From positions 720,001-752,000 of the forward strand of contig NC_000916.1 in NCBI RefSeq assembly GCF_000008645.1: 32,000 nt of DNA, given 5' to 3'. This document shows, piece after piece, positions 1 through 10,686 of the stretch. Every line of letters begins with the position of its first letter. Position 1 is the stretch's first letter. Below the pieces are notes generated by a model that ran no database searches, was not told the DNA's origin, and worked only from the letters and a program-made list of their open reading frames with translations. Source of the DNA: Methanothermobacter thermautotrophicus str. Delta H (GTDB lineage: Archaea > Methanobacteriota > Methanobacteria > Methanobacteriales > Methanothermobacteraceae). Position numbers and translations under genes: made by a program.

Positions 1-24
1 CGGGTTCAAATCCCGGACGCCGCA
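1..24 (+). tRNA. 3' fragment of a tRNA gene truncated by the window edge
   Basis: T-arm CGGG-TTCAAAT-CCCG is followed by 3' acceptor strand ACGCCGC and discriminator A. The anticodon lies outside the window, so identity is unknown. Confidence 0.7.
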
Positions 25-26
25 TA

Positions 27-100
27 GCGGTTGTAGTCTAGTCTGGTTAGGACTCGGGCCTTCCAAGCCCGCGACCCGGGTTCAAATCCCGGCAACCGCA
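27..100 (+). tRNA. tRNA-Gly (anticodon UCC)
   Basis: Hand-folded cloverleaf: acceptor GCGGTTG/CAACCGC, D-stem GTCT/GGAC, anticodon stem CGGGC/GCCCG with loop CTTCCAA (anticodon TCC), T-arm CCGGG-TTCAAAT-CCCGG. Length 74 nt, no encoded CCA. It starts 2 nt after the preceding tRNA. Confidence 0.9.
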
Positions 101-103
101 TAT

Positions 104-196
104 AAACTGCTTCTGTCAATCTTGTTCTAGATTCTCATGCACTGCTTCTATTCAAACTGCTTCTATAAGTCCTGTTCTAGATTTCCACGTACACTG
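104..196. repeat. Imperfect ~50-bp direct repeat in the tRNA 3' flank
   Basis: aaactgcttct-N8-tgttctagatt occurs at 104-133 and again at 154-183 (period 50, roughly 70-75% identity over ~41 nt). A third partial copy cactgcttcta lies at 140-150. Confidence 0.6.
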
Positions 197-422
197 ATCC
201 TTTTTCTATTGATTCAATGCCCATCTAATTTCAGATTCGGGGATGGCATCCAGTTAAAGATTACAGGTCCCATTTATCAGACTTACATGCTTTTTGAGAG
301 TCTCTAACGCGGGTGCCATATATCATCTATATATATCAGAAGCCATGATAGTAGAGCAAGGAATAAATACTTTAATTTTAGAATAATAACAGGATCCAGA
401 CTAATATTATGGTGTGATACTC

Positions 423-1463
423 ATGGCTGGAATAGTCGGATATGGAGTTTACATTCCATCATACAGAATAAAGGTTGAAGAAATCGCGAGGGTCTGGGGA
501 GACGACCCCCAGGCCATATCAAGGGGGCTGGTTGTGGAGGAAAAATCGGTCCCTGGTCCTGATGAGGACACAGCAACAATCTCAGTTGAAGCTGCCCGTA
601 ATGCCCTCAGAAGGAGCCAGATAGATCCCTCAGAGATAGGAGCTGTCTATGTGGGATCAGAATCCCACCCCTACGCTGTTAAGCCAACAGCAACAATCGT
701 TGCAGAGGCTGTTGAGGCAACACCCGAGATGACAGCAGCTGACCTTGAGTTCGCATGTAAGGCAGGTACCGCAGGTATACAGGCCTGCATGGGACTTGTT
801 GACTCAGGCATAATCAAGTACGGCCTTGCAGTCGGTGCTGACACAGCCCAGGGAGCCCCCGGTGACGCCCTTGAGTACACTGCATCAGCAGGAGGGGCAG
901 CCTATGTTATAGGTGGAAAGAACTGCCTTGCAGATATAAAGGAAACCTACAGCTTCACAACAGACACCCCCGACTTCTACAGGAGGGAGGGAATGCCCTA
1001 CCCCCGGCACGGGGGAAGATTCACCGGTGAACCCGCCTACTTCAAGCATGTCCTGGGAGCCGCGAGGGGTATGATGGAGAAGACCGGTCTCAGCGCAGAT
1101 GACTTCGACTACGCGGTCTTCCACCAGCCAAACGGGAAGTTCTACCTGAAGGCCGCTCGCAAACTGGGATTTGAAAGCGAACAGGTTAAACCGGGACTTT
1201 TGACGCCTGTGATAGGGAACACCTACTCAGGTGCAACACCAGTAGGCCTTGCAGCAACCCTTGACGTTGCAGAACCAGGCGCAAGGATACTGGCAGTGTC
1301 CTATGGTTCAGGTGCCGGGAGCGACGCCTTCATAATAGAGGTGAATGATCTCATAGAGGAGAGGCGTGACCTTGCACCATCCGTGGCCGAGATCATCAAA
1401 AATAAGAGGTACGTCGACTATGCCTTATACGCCAAATTCAAGGGCAAACTCAGGATGGCTTAA
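423..1463 (+). CDS. Hydroxymethylglutaryl-CoA synthase (archaeal mevalonate pathway)
   Basis: ORF 414..1463. The sequence is typical of archaeal HMGCS / thiolase-like condensing enzymes ([14 protein letters not shown], active-site region [21 protein letters not shown]). ATG at 423 is preceded by GGTG at 410-413, so I prefer it over GTG at 414. Confidence 0.88.
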   Translation: MAGIVGYGVYIPSYRIKVEEIARVWGDDPQAISRGLVVEEKSVPGPDEDTATISVEAARNALRRSQIDPSEIGAVYVGSESHPYAVKPTATIVAEAVEATPEMTAADLEFACKAGTAGIQACMGLVDSGIIKYGLAVGADTAQGAPGDALEYTASAGGAAYVIGGKNCLADIKETYSFTTDTPDFYRREGMPYPRHGGRFTGEPAYFKHVLGAARGMMEKTGLSADDFDYAVFHQPNGKFYLKAARKLGFESEQVKPGLLTPVIGNTYSGATPVGLAATLDVAEPGARILAVSYGSGAGSDAFIIEVNDLIEERRDLAPSVAEIIKNKRYVDYALYAKFKGKLRMA

Positions 1464-2627
<1,164 letters not shown>

Positions 2628-2640
2628 ATAATCCTTCAAC

Positions 2641-2650
2641 CTTTTTTATT
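2641..2650 (+). terminator. Oligo-T archaeal terminator candidate after the thiolase gene
   Basis: CTTTTTTATT lies 14 nt after the stop codon. A second T8 run is at 2714-2721. Confidence 0.4.
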
Positions 2651-2950
2651 AATTTAAGAATGGCTCAGATCTGTTTGTTGATCTTTTCTTATTCCATGCG
2701 AGGGGAACCAAACTTTTTTTTGAACTGAGGAAGTCACCTAAGAAACCAGAGTTAGAAAGAGTACAGTTCTTAACTTACATTTTATTGCAGGATGAGTCCC
2801 GTCTCTGCCGGACAGAATAAATGATCCCAGATCTACAGAACGCTTTCTTAAAAGAAAGGATCTATGTCTACTTAAATCTCTCCATAATGAGAAAAAGAGT
2901 TATGTGGAAGTGAATTGGGGTGATTCCAATAGAAAAAGTTGGGGGATGCC

Positions 2951-4567
2951 TTACATTGGAGGCATTCCGCCCATGCCGCCCATTTCCTCCATTCCTTCCT
3001 CGCTGGAACCGGATGATGATGCGGCTATGACGTCGTCTATGCGCAGTATCATCTCAGCTGCTTCAGCTGCAGACTGGATGGCCTGTTTCTTGACCCTGTG
3101 GGGTTCAATTACTCCTGCTTCCTTCATGTCGACGATTTTACCATCGAAGACGTCGATTCCCATGTATGTTGATTCCTCATGGGCTGCCCTGAGGTCAACT
3201 AGGACGTCGATGCTGTCAAGACCTGCGTTCTCTGCAAGGGTCTTTGGCACGATTTCAAGGGCCTCTGCGAAGGCTGATACTGCCAGCTGCTCCCTGCCGC
3301 TTATTGAGTCAGCATAGTCCTTGAGCCTCTTTGCGATTTCTATTTCAGGTGCTCCGCCTCCTGCAACGACCTTACCATCCTCAACTGTTGCAGCGACTAC
3401 GCCTATTGCGTCTTCGATTGCCCTTTCAACTTCGCTTACAACGTGTTCGGTTGATCCCCTGACGAGTATTGTCACTGCCTTTGGTTCCTTGCACTCTTCA
3501 ACGAAGATCATTTCTTCGCCTGAGATCTTCTTCTCTGATACGACTCCTGCTTCACCCAGGTCCTCTGGGCTGAGGTCCTCGATGTTTGTGACTATGTTTG
3601 CTCCTGTGGCCTTGGAGAGTTTCTCCATGTCTGACTTCTTGACCCTTCTCACTGCAAGGACTCCTGCCTTGGCCAGGTAGTGCTGTGCGAGGTCATCGAT
3701 GCCCTTCTGACAGAAGAGGACGTTTGCGCCTGTATCAACTATTGAGTTGACCATGTCGCGGATCATCTGCTCTTCCTGTTCGATGAAGGCCTGCATCTGT
3801 GATGGGTCTGTTATCCTGATCTCTGCGTCAACCTCTGTCTCTTTAACTTCGATCGGGCAGTTGAGGAGTGCTATTTTGGCGTTTTCAACCTTCTTTGGCA
3901 TTCCTGGGTGGACCCTTTCCTTGTCGATTATAACACCCTGCACGAGTGTTGAGTCATCCACTGCTGCGCCTTCCTTCTTCTCTATCTTTATGTGGTCCTT
4001 CTCGACTTCGCCATCCTCTTCAACCTGCTTGACCGCATCCACTATGAGCTCTGCCAGTGGTTCCCTTGCCTTTTCTGTTCCTTTTCCTGTCATTGCGGTC
4101 ATTGCAACCTTCATGAGGGTGTCCCTGTCGCTGGCGTCGATTGCAATGTCGTCGAGTATTTCCTGGGCCTTTTCAGCGGCCTGCCTGTAACCCATTGCTA
4201 TTATTGTTGGGTGGATCTCCATTTCAAGGAGATTTTCAGCCTTTTTGAGTAGTTCCCCTGCTATTATGACTGCTGTGGTTGTACCGTCCCCTACCTCGTC
4301 TTCCTGGGTCTTTGCAACCTCGACGAGCATTTTTGCTGCTGGGTGCTCTATGTCCATTTCCTTGAGTATTGTGACACCGTCGTTGGTTACAACAATGTCT
4401 CCAAGGGAGTCAACAAGCATCTTGTCCATACCCTTAGGTCCAAGGGTTGTTCTCACGGTCTCTGCGAGTATTTTACCCGCAAGGATGTTCATCCTCTGTG
4501 CGTCTCTTCCAAGATACCTGCTTGTACCTTCGGGCAGTACAAGAATTGGCTGCTGTCCCTGTGCCAT
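2951..4567 (-). CDS. ths: Thermosome subunit (group II chaperonin)
   Basis: 538 aa with [19 protein letters not shown]-binding motif, VAGGGAPE and a C-terminal GGM-repeat tail ([13 protein letters not shown]). SD GAGGTGAT lies immediately upstream of the ATG. Confidence 0.95.
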   Translation of the reverse strand: MAQGQQPILVLPEGTSRYLGRDAQRMNILAGKILAETVRTTLGPKGMDKMLVDSLGDIVVTNDGVTILKEMDIEHPAAKMLVEVAKTQEDEVGDGTTTAVIIAGELLKKAENLLEMEIHPTIIAMGYRQAAEKAQEILDDIAIDASDRDTLMKVAMTAMTGKGTEKAREPLAELIVDAVKQVEEDGEVEKDHIKIEKKEGAAVDDSTLVQGVIIDKERVHPGMPKKVENAKIALLNCPIEVKETEVDAEIRITDPSQMQAFIEQEEQMIRDMVNSIVDTGANVLFCQKGIDDLAQHYLAKAGVLAVRRVKKSDMEKLSKATGANIVTNIEDLSPEDLGEAGVVSEKKISGEEMIFVEECKEPKAVTILVRGSTEHVVSEVERAIEDAIGVVAATVEDGKVVAGGGAPEIEIAKRLKDYADSISGREQLAVSAFAEALEIVPKTLAENAGLDSIDVLVDLRAAHEESTYMGIDVFDGKIVDMKEAGVIEPHRVKKQAIQSAAEAAEMILRIDDVIAASSSGSSEEGMEEMGGMGGMPPM

Positions 4568-4688
4568 TCAATCACCTCAGTTTTAATTATAAATCAGTAT
4601 GCAGTTATCAATGGGTTAGAGGTTCTATAAATAGTTTTCGCTGCTTCTCCAGAAGAATATTTAACGAAGATGGAACTTAAAGTAATCT

Positions 4689-5906
4689 GTGATAAAAATG
4701 AGGCAGCTCCAGAAAGCCTCAGTATACCTTACCATGACCCTGATTTTGATCGTGGCCATGGAAAGTTCCCATGCCCTTGAGAATGATTCAGAAACCCTGA
4801 ACAGCTCTGAAGTCCTGCAGGCAAGTGTCAGGGTAGCCAATTTCATGGAAAAGTATCAGAGGCTCCCTGAAAACATAAGTGCTGGAAACAGAAGTCTTGA
4901 TTGTGCATCCTACACATATGCCCTTAGCAGAGTACTGAGAGGCTCAAGGACCGTTGAATACAGAACTGTAAATTCACCCGCCCTCGATATTCGCCGCATA
5001 TCCCTGAAACTGAGCAGAACACAGTACACTGAGATAACAGTAAGGTTCAGGGACTTTACAGATAAATACAGTAGATGCCCGTCAACGGTGTCCTACAGTG
5101 GAGGTAAAATCGATTTCTACAATACAGTCTACCTCCTCTCAAAGATTGGGCGTTACAGGTACCAGAAGGGGAGGATGCCCACATACGTGTATATAAGGAC
5201 TCCGGTACCCCTCAATGCATACAGGATCAACTCCCAGACCGTTGACTCCAGGATAAGGAGCATAAACTCTGAAATCAGGAAGACGTCTTCCCTCATCAAG
5301 AGGATCAGGATCAGAATAAGAACCACAGGAAACACCAGGACCAGGATCATGCTTCAGAACAGACTCAGGACACTTGAGAACAGATACACCTATCTTAAGG
5401 GGCAACTCAGATACTATGAGGGCCTTAAGAACAGCCCCTGGTATGTCCCTCCATCCCTCAGAACGTATCTGAGTTCAACAGCCTACTGCAGCATCACGGA
5501 TCCCAATGTGGTATACCTTGCCCGTGAACTCTCAGGAAACACCAGCTACTCCACTGCACAGAACCTCTTCACCTGGGTACGTGACAACGTTGACTACTCC
5601 TTCTACTACAGGACACGTTACGGTGCCTCGGGTACACTCCGGTTAAGGAAGGGCAACTGCGTTGACCAGGCACACCTCATGGTAGCCCTTGCAAGGACCA
5701 GTGGTATACCTGCACGCTACGTCCGTGGTTACTGCAGATTCATAAGCGGGAACTGGTACTCCCATGTATGGGCCCAGGTATGGATAAGGGGTCGTGGATG
5801 GGTTACTGCAGACACAACCCACTCCCTCAACAGACTGGGACATGTAAGTAACTGGAACACAACTGTCTCAAGGGTCAGCGAGGTACTCCGTGAATACAGG
5901 CTTTAA
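4689..5906 (+). CDS. Secreted protein with two pseudomurein-binding-like repeats and a C-terminal transglutaminase-like cysteine-protease core
   Basis: N-terminal signal-like segment MRQLQKASVYLTMTLILIVAMESSHA. Internal duplication: VRVANFMEKYQRLPENIS...YTYALSRVL versus VRFRDFTDKYSRCPSTVS...TVYLLSKIG. The core carries GNCVDQAH...SHVWAQVW...GWVTADTT (Cys-His-Asp). ATG at 4698 is an alternative start. Confidence 0.8.
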   Translation: MIKMRQLQKASVYLTMTLILIVAMESSHALENDSETLNSSEVLQASVRVANFMEKYQRLPENISAGNRSLDCASYTYALSRVLRGSRTVEYRTVNSPALDIRRISLKLSRTQYTEITVRFRDFTDKYSRCPSTVSYSGGKIDFYNTVYLLSKIGRYRYQKGRMPTYVYIRTPVPLNAYRINSQTVDSRIRSINSEIRKTSSLIKRIRIRIRTTGNTRTRIMLQNRLRTLENRYTYLKGQLRYYEGLKNSPWYVPPSLRTYLSSTAYCSITDPNVVYLARELSGNTSYSTAQNLFTWVRDNVDYSFYYRTRYGASGTLRLRKGNCVDQAHLMVALARTSGIPARYVRGYCRFISGNWYSHVWAQVWIRGRGWVTADTTHSLNRLGHVSNWNTTVSRVSEVLREYRL

Positions 5907-5968
5907 AGGATCCTTCGTCCCTGCAGTTAGAAAACAGTTAATATTTTCACAGATGAAACAATCACATT

Positions 5969-6583
5969 ATGAAAATAATCGACCTGACCCATAAAATAGA
6001 GGACTCCATGCCTGTTTTCCCTGGTGATCCACCCGTTAAACTGAGAATTGAAAGTTCAGATGCTGATTACATTACATCCTCACTGTCCCTGGGTATGCAC
6101 ACAGGGACCCATATAGACGCCCCCCTCCATGCACACTGCAGTGCCCTCACCGTTGATGGAATAGGACTGGAGGAACTCACAGGTGAGGGTTTCCTTGTAT
6201 CCGGGGGAGAGATTTTAAATGGGGGTGATATAGCCGTCATCAGAACTGGCTGGAGCTCAAGGTGGGGCTCAGAGGGGTACTTCAGGGACTACCCGGGTAT
6301 AAAGAGACGTCTTGCAGAGGAACTGGTGGAACATGAAGTTCTGGGGGTCTGCGTCGATGGCCCCAGTGTGGACAGGCCCGGAGAAACTGATATCCACAAA
6401 CTCCTCCTCAAAAATGGGATATGGATTGTGGAGAACATAACAAACACTGACCTGCTACCGCCTAAATTCAGATTATTCGTTGTTCCGCTCTCTGTGAGGG
6501 CTGAAGCATCCCCTGCAAGGGTATTTGCAGTTACAGGCTCTGGAAGTGGGTCAAGTAAAGATAGAAGCTCATTCCAGCGGTAA
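5969..6583 (+). CDS. Putative cyclase / kynurenine-formamidase-like family protein
   Basis: HTGTHIDAPLH matches the HxGTHxDxPxH metal-binding motif of the cyclase family. N-terminal DLTHKIEDSMPVFPGDP is typical of the family. Confidence 0.75.
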   Translation: MKIIDLTHKIEDSMPVFPGDPPVKLRIESSDADYITSSLSLGMHTGTHIDAPLHAHCSALTVDGIGLEELTGEGFLVSGGEILNGGDIAVIRTGWSSRWGSEGYFRDYPGIKRRLAEELVEHEVLGVCVDGPSVDRPGETDIHKLLLKNGIWIVENITNTDLLPPKFRLFVVPLSVRAEASPARVFAVTGSGSGSSKDRSSFQR

Positions 6584-6586
6584 AAC

Positions 6587-7123
6587 TCACCTCTTAACCT
6601 TCTCCCAGAGGGTTCTCCTGCCCTCACTCACCGACCTGAAGTAGCCCTTCCTCTCAAGGTTCCTGAGTATCTGGACCATGTTCTCAAGTTTCAGGTCCTT
6701 AAACCCTATCTCATTTATGAAGTCAAGCATCTCCTCTGTGGTGGCCCTCTCATCGGGCAGCAGACGGTAGATCTGTGACTGGAAGGATGTTAAATCCTTT
6801 TCAGGTTTCTGTGTAAGGGCCTGGAAGTATTCCCTGTACCTTTTGAGGTCAGTTATCCGGGATTCCTTATCTGCTATGATGCCCTTGAGTTCCTGTATCA
6901 CCCTGTCCTTTTCAGCCATGATTCTTTCAAGTTCATCTATACGCCTATCCCTGATTTTAAGTGCATCCTCAAGTTCCTTAACCCTCTCACAGTTATCTGA
7001 ATTCTCACGGCATTTCCGGAGATCCATCTTGAGCTTGCTTATCTCCAGCATGCACGCCTTTACAAGAAGCTTGAGCTGTTCCTTTTCTGAATCCCTCATG
7101 AACCTCATGGTATCCCTTTCCAT
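6587..7123 (-). CDS. Hypothetical coiled-coil protein with possible C-terminal winged-helix domain
   Basis: 178 aa. Residues ~15-100 are heptad-like and K/E/R/L-rich (ELEDALKIRDRRIDELERIMAEKDRVIQELKGIIADKESRITDLK). The C-terminus MVQILRNLERKGYFRSVSEGRRTLW resembles a wHTH wing. I recognise no family. Confidence 0.6.
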   Translation of the reverse strand: MERDTMRFMRDSEKEQLKLLVKACMLEISKLKMDLRKCRENSDNCERVKELEDALKIRDRRIDELERIMAEKDRVIQELKGIIADKESRITDLKRYREYFQALTQKPEKDLTSFQSQIYRLLPDERATTEEMLDFINEIGFKDLKLENMVQILRNLERKGYFRSVSEGRRTLWEKVKR

Positions 7124-7337
7124 TTAATAGATATCACATTAAAACTTAAAAACCTTCCCAAATGAAGCCCGCGGATCACTGCAGCTGCATTAACAAGGAA
7201 AACCTCCCAAAGCATAGATGAGTCCCTGCCGATAAGCATCTGATTCCCATGACACCCGAGGGGCCCTGAAAAGGATGACGATTCCATCAGAACAGAACAC
7301 TGAAACAGAAGAAGTTTGTCTGGTTTTTAAAATGCGC

Positions 7338-7898
7338 CTAATTTTGCTGCAGCCTGTCAAAACGGCAGAGACCAAAACATTTAACCCTCTCATCTATCTT
7401 CAGGGCGGTGAATGCACATAAAACTCCGAGAACGGCCCCTGCGAGGACGTCACTTGGGTAATGGAGACCAAGGTAGATCCTTGAGATCCCCACAAGTGAT
7501 GCGAGGATGATGAAAAACCATGGTCTCCCTAACCTGAAGTAGAGGGAGATGAAGCCGGCAAATGCGGCCACAGCATGGCCCGATGGCATAGAATAGCCCC
7601 CGGCAACTGTGGCGTGCCTCACCCACCCAATCACCTCATAGGGTCGTGGTCTTGCGATAACCATCTTAAGGGCTTCGCTCAGGAAGAATCCCAGGACAAG
7701 TGCCGTGAGGGCCATGAATGCAGCCTCCCTCTCATCCTCACCACCAAGGAGGTAGAGGAGGAGGCAGAGTATCACCCAGAAGGCCTGGGTCCCGCCGAAG
7801 GTTAAAAGTGGCATTAAAAAGTCAAGAAATGGTGATGCCAGGACCGAATTAAAAAAATATAGGACAGATAGATCAGGGCCCAGAAGGGTGGGGTGCAT
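7338..7898 (-). CDS. PAP2-family membrane phosphatase (polyprenyl-diphosphate phosphatase-like)
   Basis: All three PAP2 motifs are present: KMVIARPRP, PSGH and SRIYLGLHYPSDV. The protein is multi-TM and hydrophobic. It starts 6 nt downstream of asd on the same strand. Confidence 0.85.
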   Translation of the reverse strand: MHPTLLGPDLSVLYFFNSVLASPFLDFLMPLLTFGGTQAFWVILCLLLYLLGGEDEREAAFMALTALVLGFFLSEALKMVIARPRPYEVIGWVRHATVAGGYSMPSGHAVAAFAGFISLYFRLGRPWFFIILASLVGISRIYLGLHYPSDVLAGAVLGVLCAFTALKIDERVKCFGLCRFDRLQQN

Positions 7899-7904
7899 GG
7901 TATC

Positions 7905-8948
7905 CTAGAGTATCTCATTTATGAGTTCTGCATTCAGAATCGATGCCCCCGCCGCACCCCTCACGGTGTTATGACCCACAAGGACGTACCTTAAACTGTT
8001 TTTGAATGCAGCGTCCTCTCTGAGCCTTCCGACGGTAACAGCCATTCCACCGTCCATGTCCCTGTCCATCCTTGGCTGGGGTCTGTTTTCCTCATCCCTC
8101 ACCACCACAGGTTTTTCAGGGGCGGAGTGGAGACCCAGCTTCTGTGGGAGTCCCCTGAATTTATCCATTGCCTCCCTGACATCATCAATATCAAATTCAT
8201 CATCCAGTTCAATGAAGACCGCCTCGGTATGACCGTCAACGACGGGTACGCGGTGACATGATGCACTCACGCCAAAGCTGGCTGGTTTCACAACGCCTTC
8301 ATCGAGTTCTCCCAGCAGGTGGAGGGTCTCTGTTTCAATCTTTTCCTCCTCACCGCCGATGAAGGGCACCAGGTTATCAAGTATGGCCATTGAGGGGACT
8401 CCATTGTAACCGGCACCGGAAACCGCCTGCATGGTTGATACATAGACCCTTTTTATTGTGTAGGCGTCGTAGATGGGCTTGAGTGTGAGGGTCAGGGCTA
8501 TTGTTGAGCAGTTGGGGTTGGTGACAATGAACCCGTCCCACCCCCTCCTCCTCTGCTGCACCTCTATGAGGTCAAGGAACTCAGGGTTGACCTCAGGTAT
8601 CACGAGGGGGACATCCGGTTCCATCCTCATTGCACTGGCATTTGATGCCACTATGTATTTCTCTGCAAATTTTGGTTCAACCTTCCTCGCCACGTCTGCA
8701 GGGAGGGCTGAGAAGAGTATATCAACGTCCCCAACAGCTGAGGGATCCGTTTCAACGACCTCCATGTCCCTCACAGATTCTGGCATCTCACAGTCAAGGT
8801 ACCAGTTTGCCACCTCCCCGTAGGGTTTCCCGGCGGATCGTGAAGAAGCCGCCAGGGTTGTAAGCTCAAATTCAGGATGTTTATCAAGCATCTGAATGAA
8901 CCGCTGTCCAACCATTCCTGTTGCTCCCAGAACACCCACATTAACCAT
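7905..8948 (-). CDS. asd: Aspartate-semialdehyde dehydrogenase
   Basis: 347 aa with N-terminal [10 protein letters not shown] Rossmann motif, active-site TNPNCSTI (Cys) and HRVPVVDGH. Confidence 0.93.
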   Translation of the reverse strand: MVNVGVLGATGMVGQRFIQMLDKHPEFELTTLAASSRSAGKPYGEVANWYLDCEMPESVRDMEVVETDPSAVGDVDILFSALPADVARKVEPKFAEKYIVASNASAMRMEPDVPLVIPEVNPEFLDLIEVQQRRRGWDGFIVTNPNCSTIALTLTLKPIYDAYTIKRVYVSTMQAVSGAGYNGVPSMAILDNLVPFIGGEEEKIETETLHLLGELDEGVVKPASFGVSASCHRVPVVDGHTEAVFIELDDEFDIDDVREAMDKFRGLPQKLGLHSAPEKPVVVRDEENRPQPRMDRDMDGGMAVTVGRLREDAAFKNSLRYVLVGHNTVRGAAGASILNAELINEIL

Positions 8949-8960
8949 AATATCACCTTA

Positions 8961-9782
8961 TCAGTTTATTCCCAGAACATCCCCCATATCCATTATCCTT
9001 CCGGGTTCTGCATCCTCAATGAATCTTATAGCCCTTATGACTCCACCTATGAAGGCATCCCTGCTGTGAGCCCTGTGAACTATCTCAAGGCGCTCACCGT
9101 CACCTGCAAATAGGACAATGTGGTCCCCGACGATGTCACCACCCCTAACTGCATGGACACCTATCTCATCCCTGCTCCTCTCGCCTGTGAGTCCGGATCG
9201 GCCATGGACTGCGACCTCACTGGCCCTTCTGCCTGTGGCCTCTGAGATGACCTCCAGTGCACGTACAGCTGTACCTGATGGTGCGTCCTTCTTGTGTCTG
9301 TGGTGTGCCTCAATGATCTCAACGTCATAGTCAGAGAGGATCGGTGCAAGATCCCTGAGGACCTTGAAGAACACGTTGACCCCCACTGCCATGTTCGGTG
9401 CGATTACGGCCCTCACACCTGACCTTTCTATGCAGTCCCTTACTGTCTGCATCTCCTCCTCTGAAAAACCTGTTGTGCCAACCACAAGGTTAACACCGGC
9501 CTCGGTTGAAGTCTTTATTGTTTCGACTGCTGCAGATGCGACTGTGAAGTCAACAAGGACGTCGGGTTCTGTCTCTGCAAGGGTATCTGCAAGATTTGAT
9601 GCATCAGTTACCTCAACTCCAACACTGCCTCTTCCTGTGAACTCTCCTATGTCCCTGCCCCTGAGGGGTGTGCCGGGAGCCTCAATTGCTGCCACCAGTT
9701 CCATGTCCTCCTCTTCAAGGACCCTCCTTATTATCCCTGATCCCATGCGCCCGCATGCGCCTGTAACTGCAACCCTTATCAA
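8961..9782 (-). CDS. dapB: 4-hydroxy-tetrahydrodipicolinate reductase
   Basis: 273 aa with VAVTGACGRMG NAD(P)-binding start, the EAHHRHKKDAPSGTA signature and a GTTG segment. Confidence 0.93.
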   Translation of the reverse strand: MIRVAVTGACGRMGSGIIRRVLEEEDMELVAAIEAPGTPLRGRDIGEFTGRGSVGVEVTDASNLADTLAETEPDVLVDFTVASAAVETIKTSTEAGVNLVVGTTGFSEEEMQTVRDCIERSGVRAVIAPNMAVGVNVFFKVLRDLAPILSDYDVEIIEAHHRHKKDAPSGTAVRALEVISEATGRRASEVAVHGRSGLTGERSRDEIGVHAVRGGDIVGDHIVLFAGDGERLEIVHRAHSRDAFIGGVIRAIRFIEDAEPGRIMDMGDVLGIN

Positions 9783-9794
9783 GCATCACACCCC

Positions 9795-10686
9795 CTAGAT
9801 CAGTGCCAGTTCCTCCAGGACCATCATGAGCCTCTCACGGTTTGCATCCTGCAGGGGTGCCAGGGGCATCCTCACATGACCCGCGGGCCTTGCCCATCAT
9901 GTTAAGGGCCTCCTTGACAGGTACGGGGTTGCTCTCAATGAAAAGGACCTTCATGAGACTGTAGAGTTCATAGTGTGTTTTCATTGCAGACTCGAAGTCC
10001 CCTGAGAGGGCCTCGTTAACAAGTCGGCTCATACGAGCCGGGTCGACATTTGCAACCACCGATATCACACCCTCGGCACCCATGGAGATCATGGGGAGAG
10101 TCAGGTTATCGTTACCTGAGAGGACTGTGAAGTCATCAAGGCCCAGGTCCATGAGCCTTGACCTGAGCATGGATACCTTGTCCAGGTCGGGGCTGGCCTC
10201 CTTTATCCCAATTATCCCGTCGAGCTTTGCTAGTTCGGCGACCGTGTCAACGTCTATATCTGTGCCTGTCCTTGAGGGGACATTGTATATTATGAGTGGT
10301 ATGTCAGCGGCTTCCTCCAGCATGGTGTAGTGTTCAATGAGTCCATGGGGCTGGGGCTTGTTGTAGTAGGGGGTTATGACGAGGGCCGCGTCTGCACCGG
10401 CGTCCTCTGCGTACTCCACAAGTCCCATGGCCTCCCTGGATGAATTGCTACCTGCCCCTGCAACTGTCCTGACGCGACCGTTGACCTCATCCACCAGTAT
10501 ATCGATCATTCTCCTCTGCTCTTCGTGGGTTATTGTCGCTGATTCACCGGTTGTTCCGGCAACCAGCAGGCCATCAACCCCGTTCTCTATAAGGTAGTTT
10601 ATGTTCTCCCGCAGCCCGGCCTCATCCACCACATCGTCCTCTGTGAATGGAGTAACCATGGCCACAACTGTGCCTTCAATCTTCAT
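9795..10686 (-). CDS. dapA: 4-hydroxy-tetrahydrodipicolinate synthase, apparently frameshifted near the 3' end
   Basis: ORF 9835..10686 carries DapA features ([25 protein letters not shown] with catalytic Lys). After ...ALNMMGK the frame gives unrelated [17 protein letters not shown]-stop. The adjacent frame reads [30 protein letters not shown]-stop, ending at 9795, which is the expected DapA C-terminus. Confidence 0.85.

Noticed and set aside
137-307. A 56-codon ORF (MHCFYSNCFYKSCSRF...) in the tRNA/HMGCS gap, just below the ORF-track cutoff.
   Set aside because: Its Cys-rich start is simply the translation of the actgcttcta direct repeat. It has no SD or convincing promoter spacing, and its AT-rich composition is typical of non-coding sequence.
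7124-7337. Possible C/D-box sRNA in the 214-bp ORF-poor gap (AGATGAG...CTGA...CATGACA...CTGA around 7215-7275), plus two 60-67-aa minus-strand ORFs.
   Set aside because: The box sequences deviate from RUGAUGA. The C-to-D' spacer is ~17 nt rather than the ~12 nt that is strongly constrained in archaeal sRNAs. There is no terminal stem. The small ORFs lack start-site signals, and one overlaps the neighbouring gene's start. The gap is more simply the PAP2 gene's 3' flank plus the coiled-coil gene's promoter.
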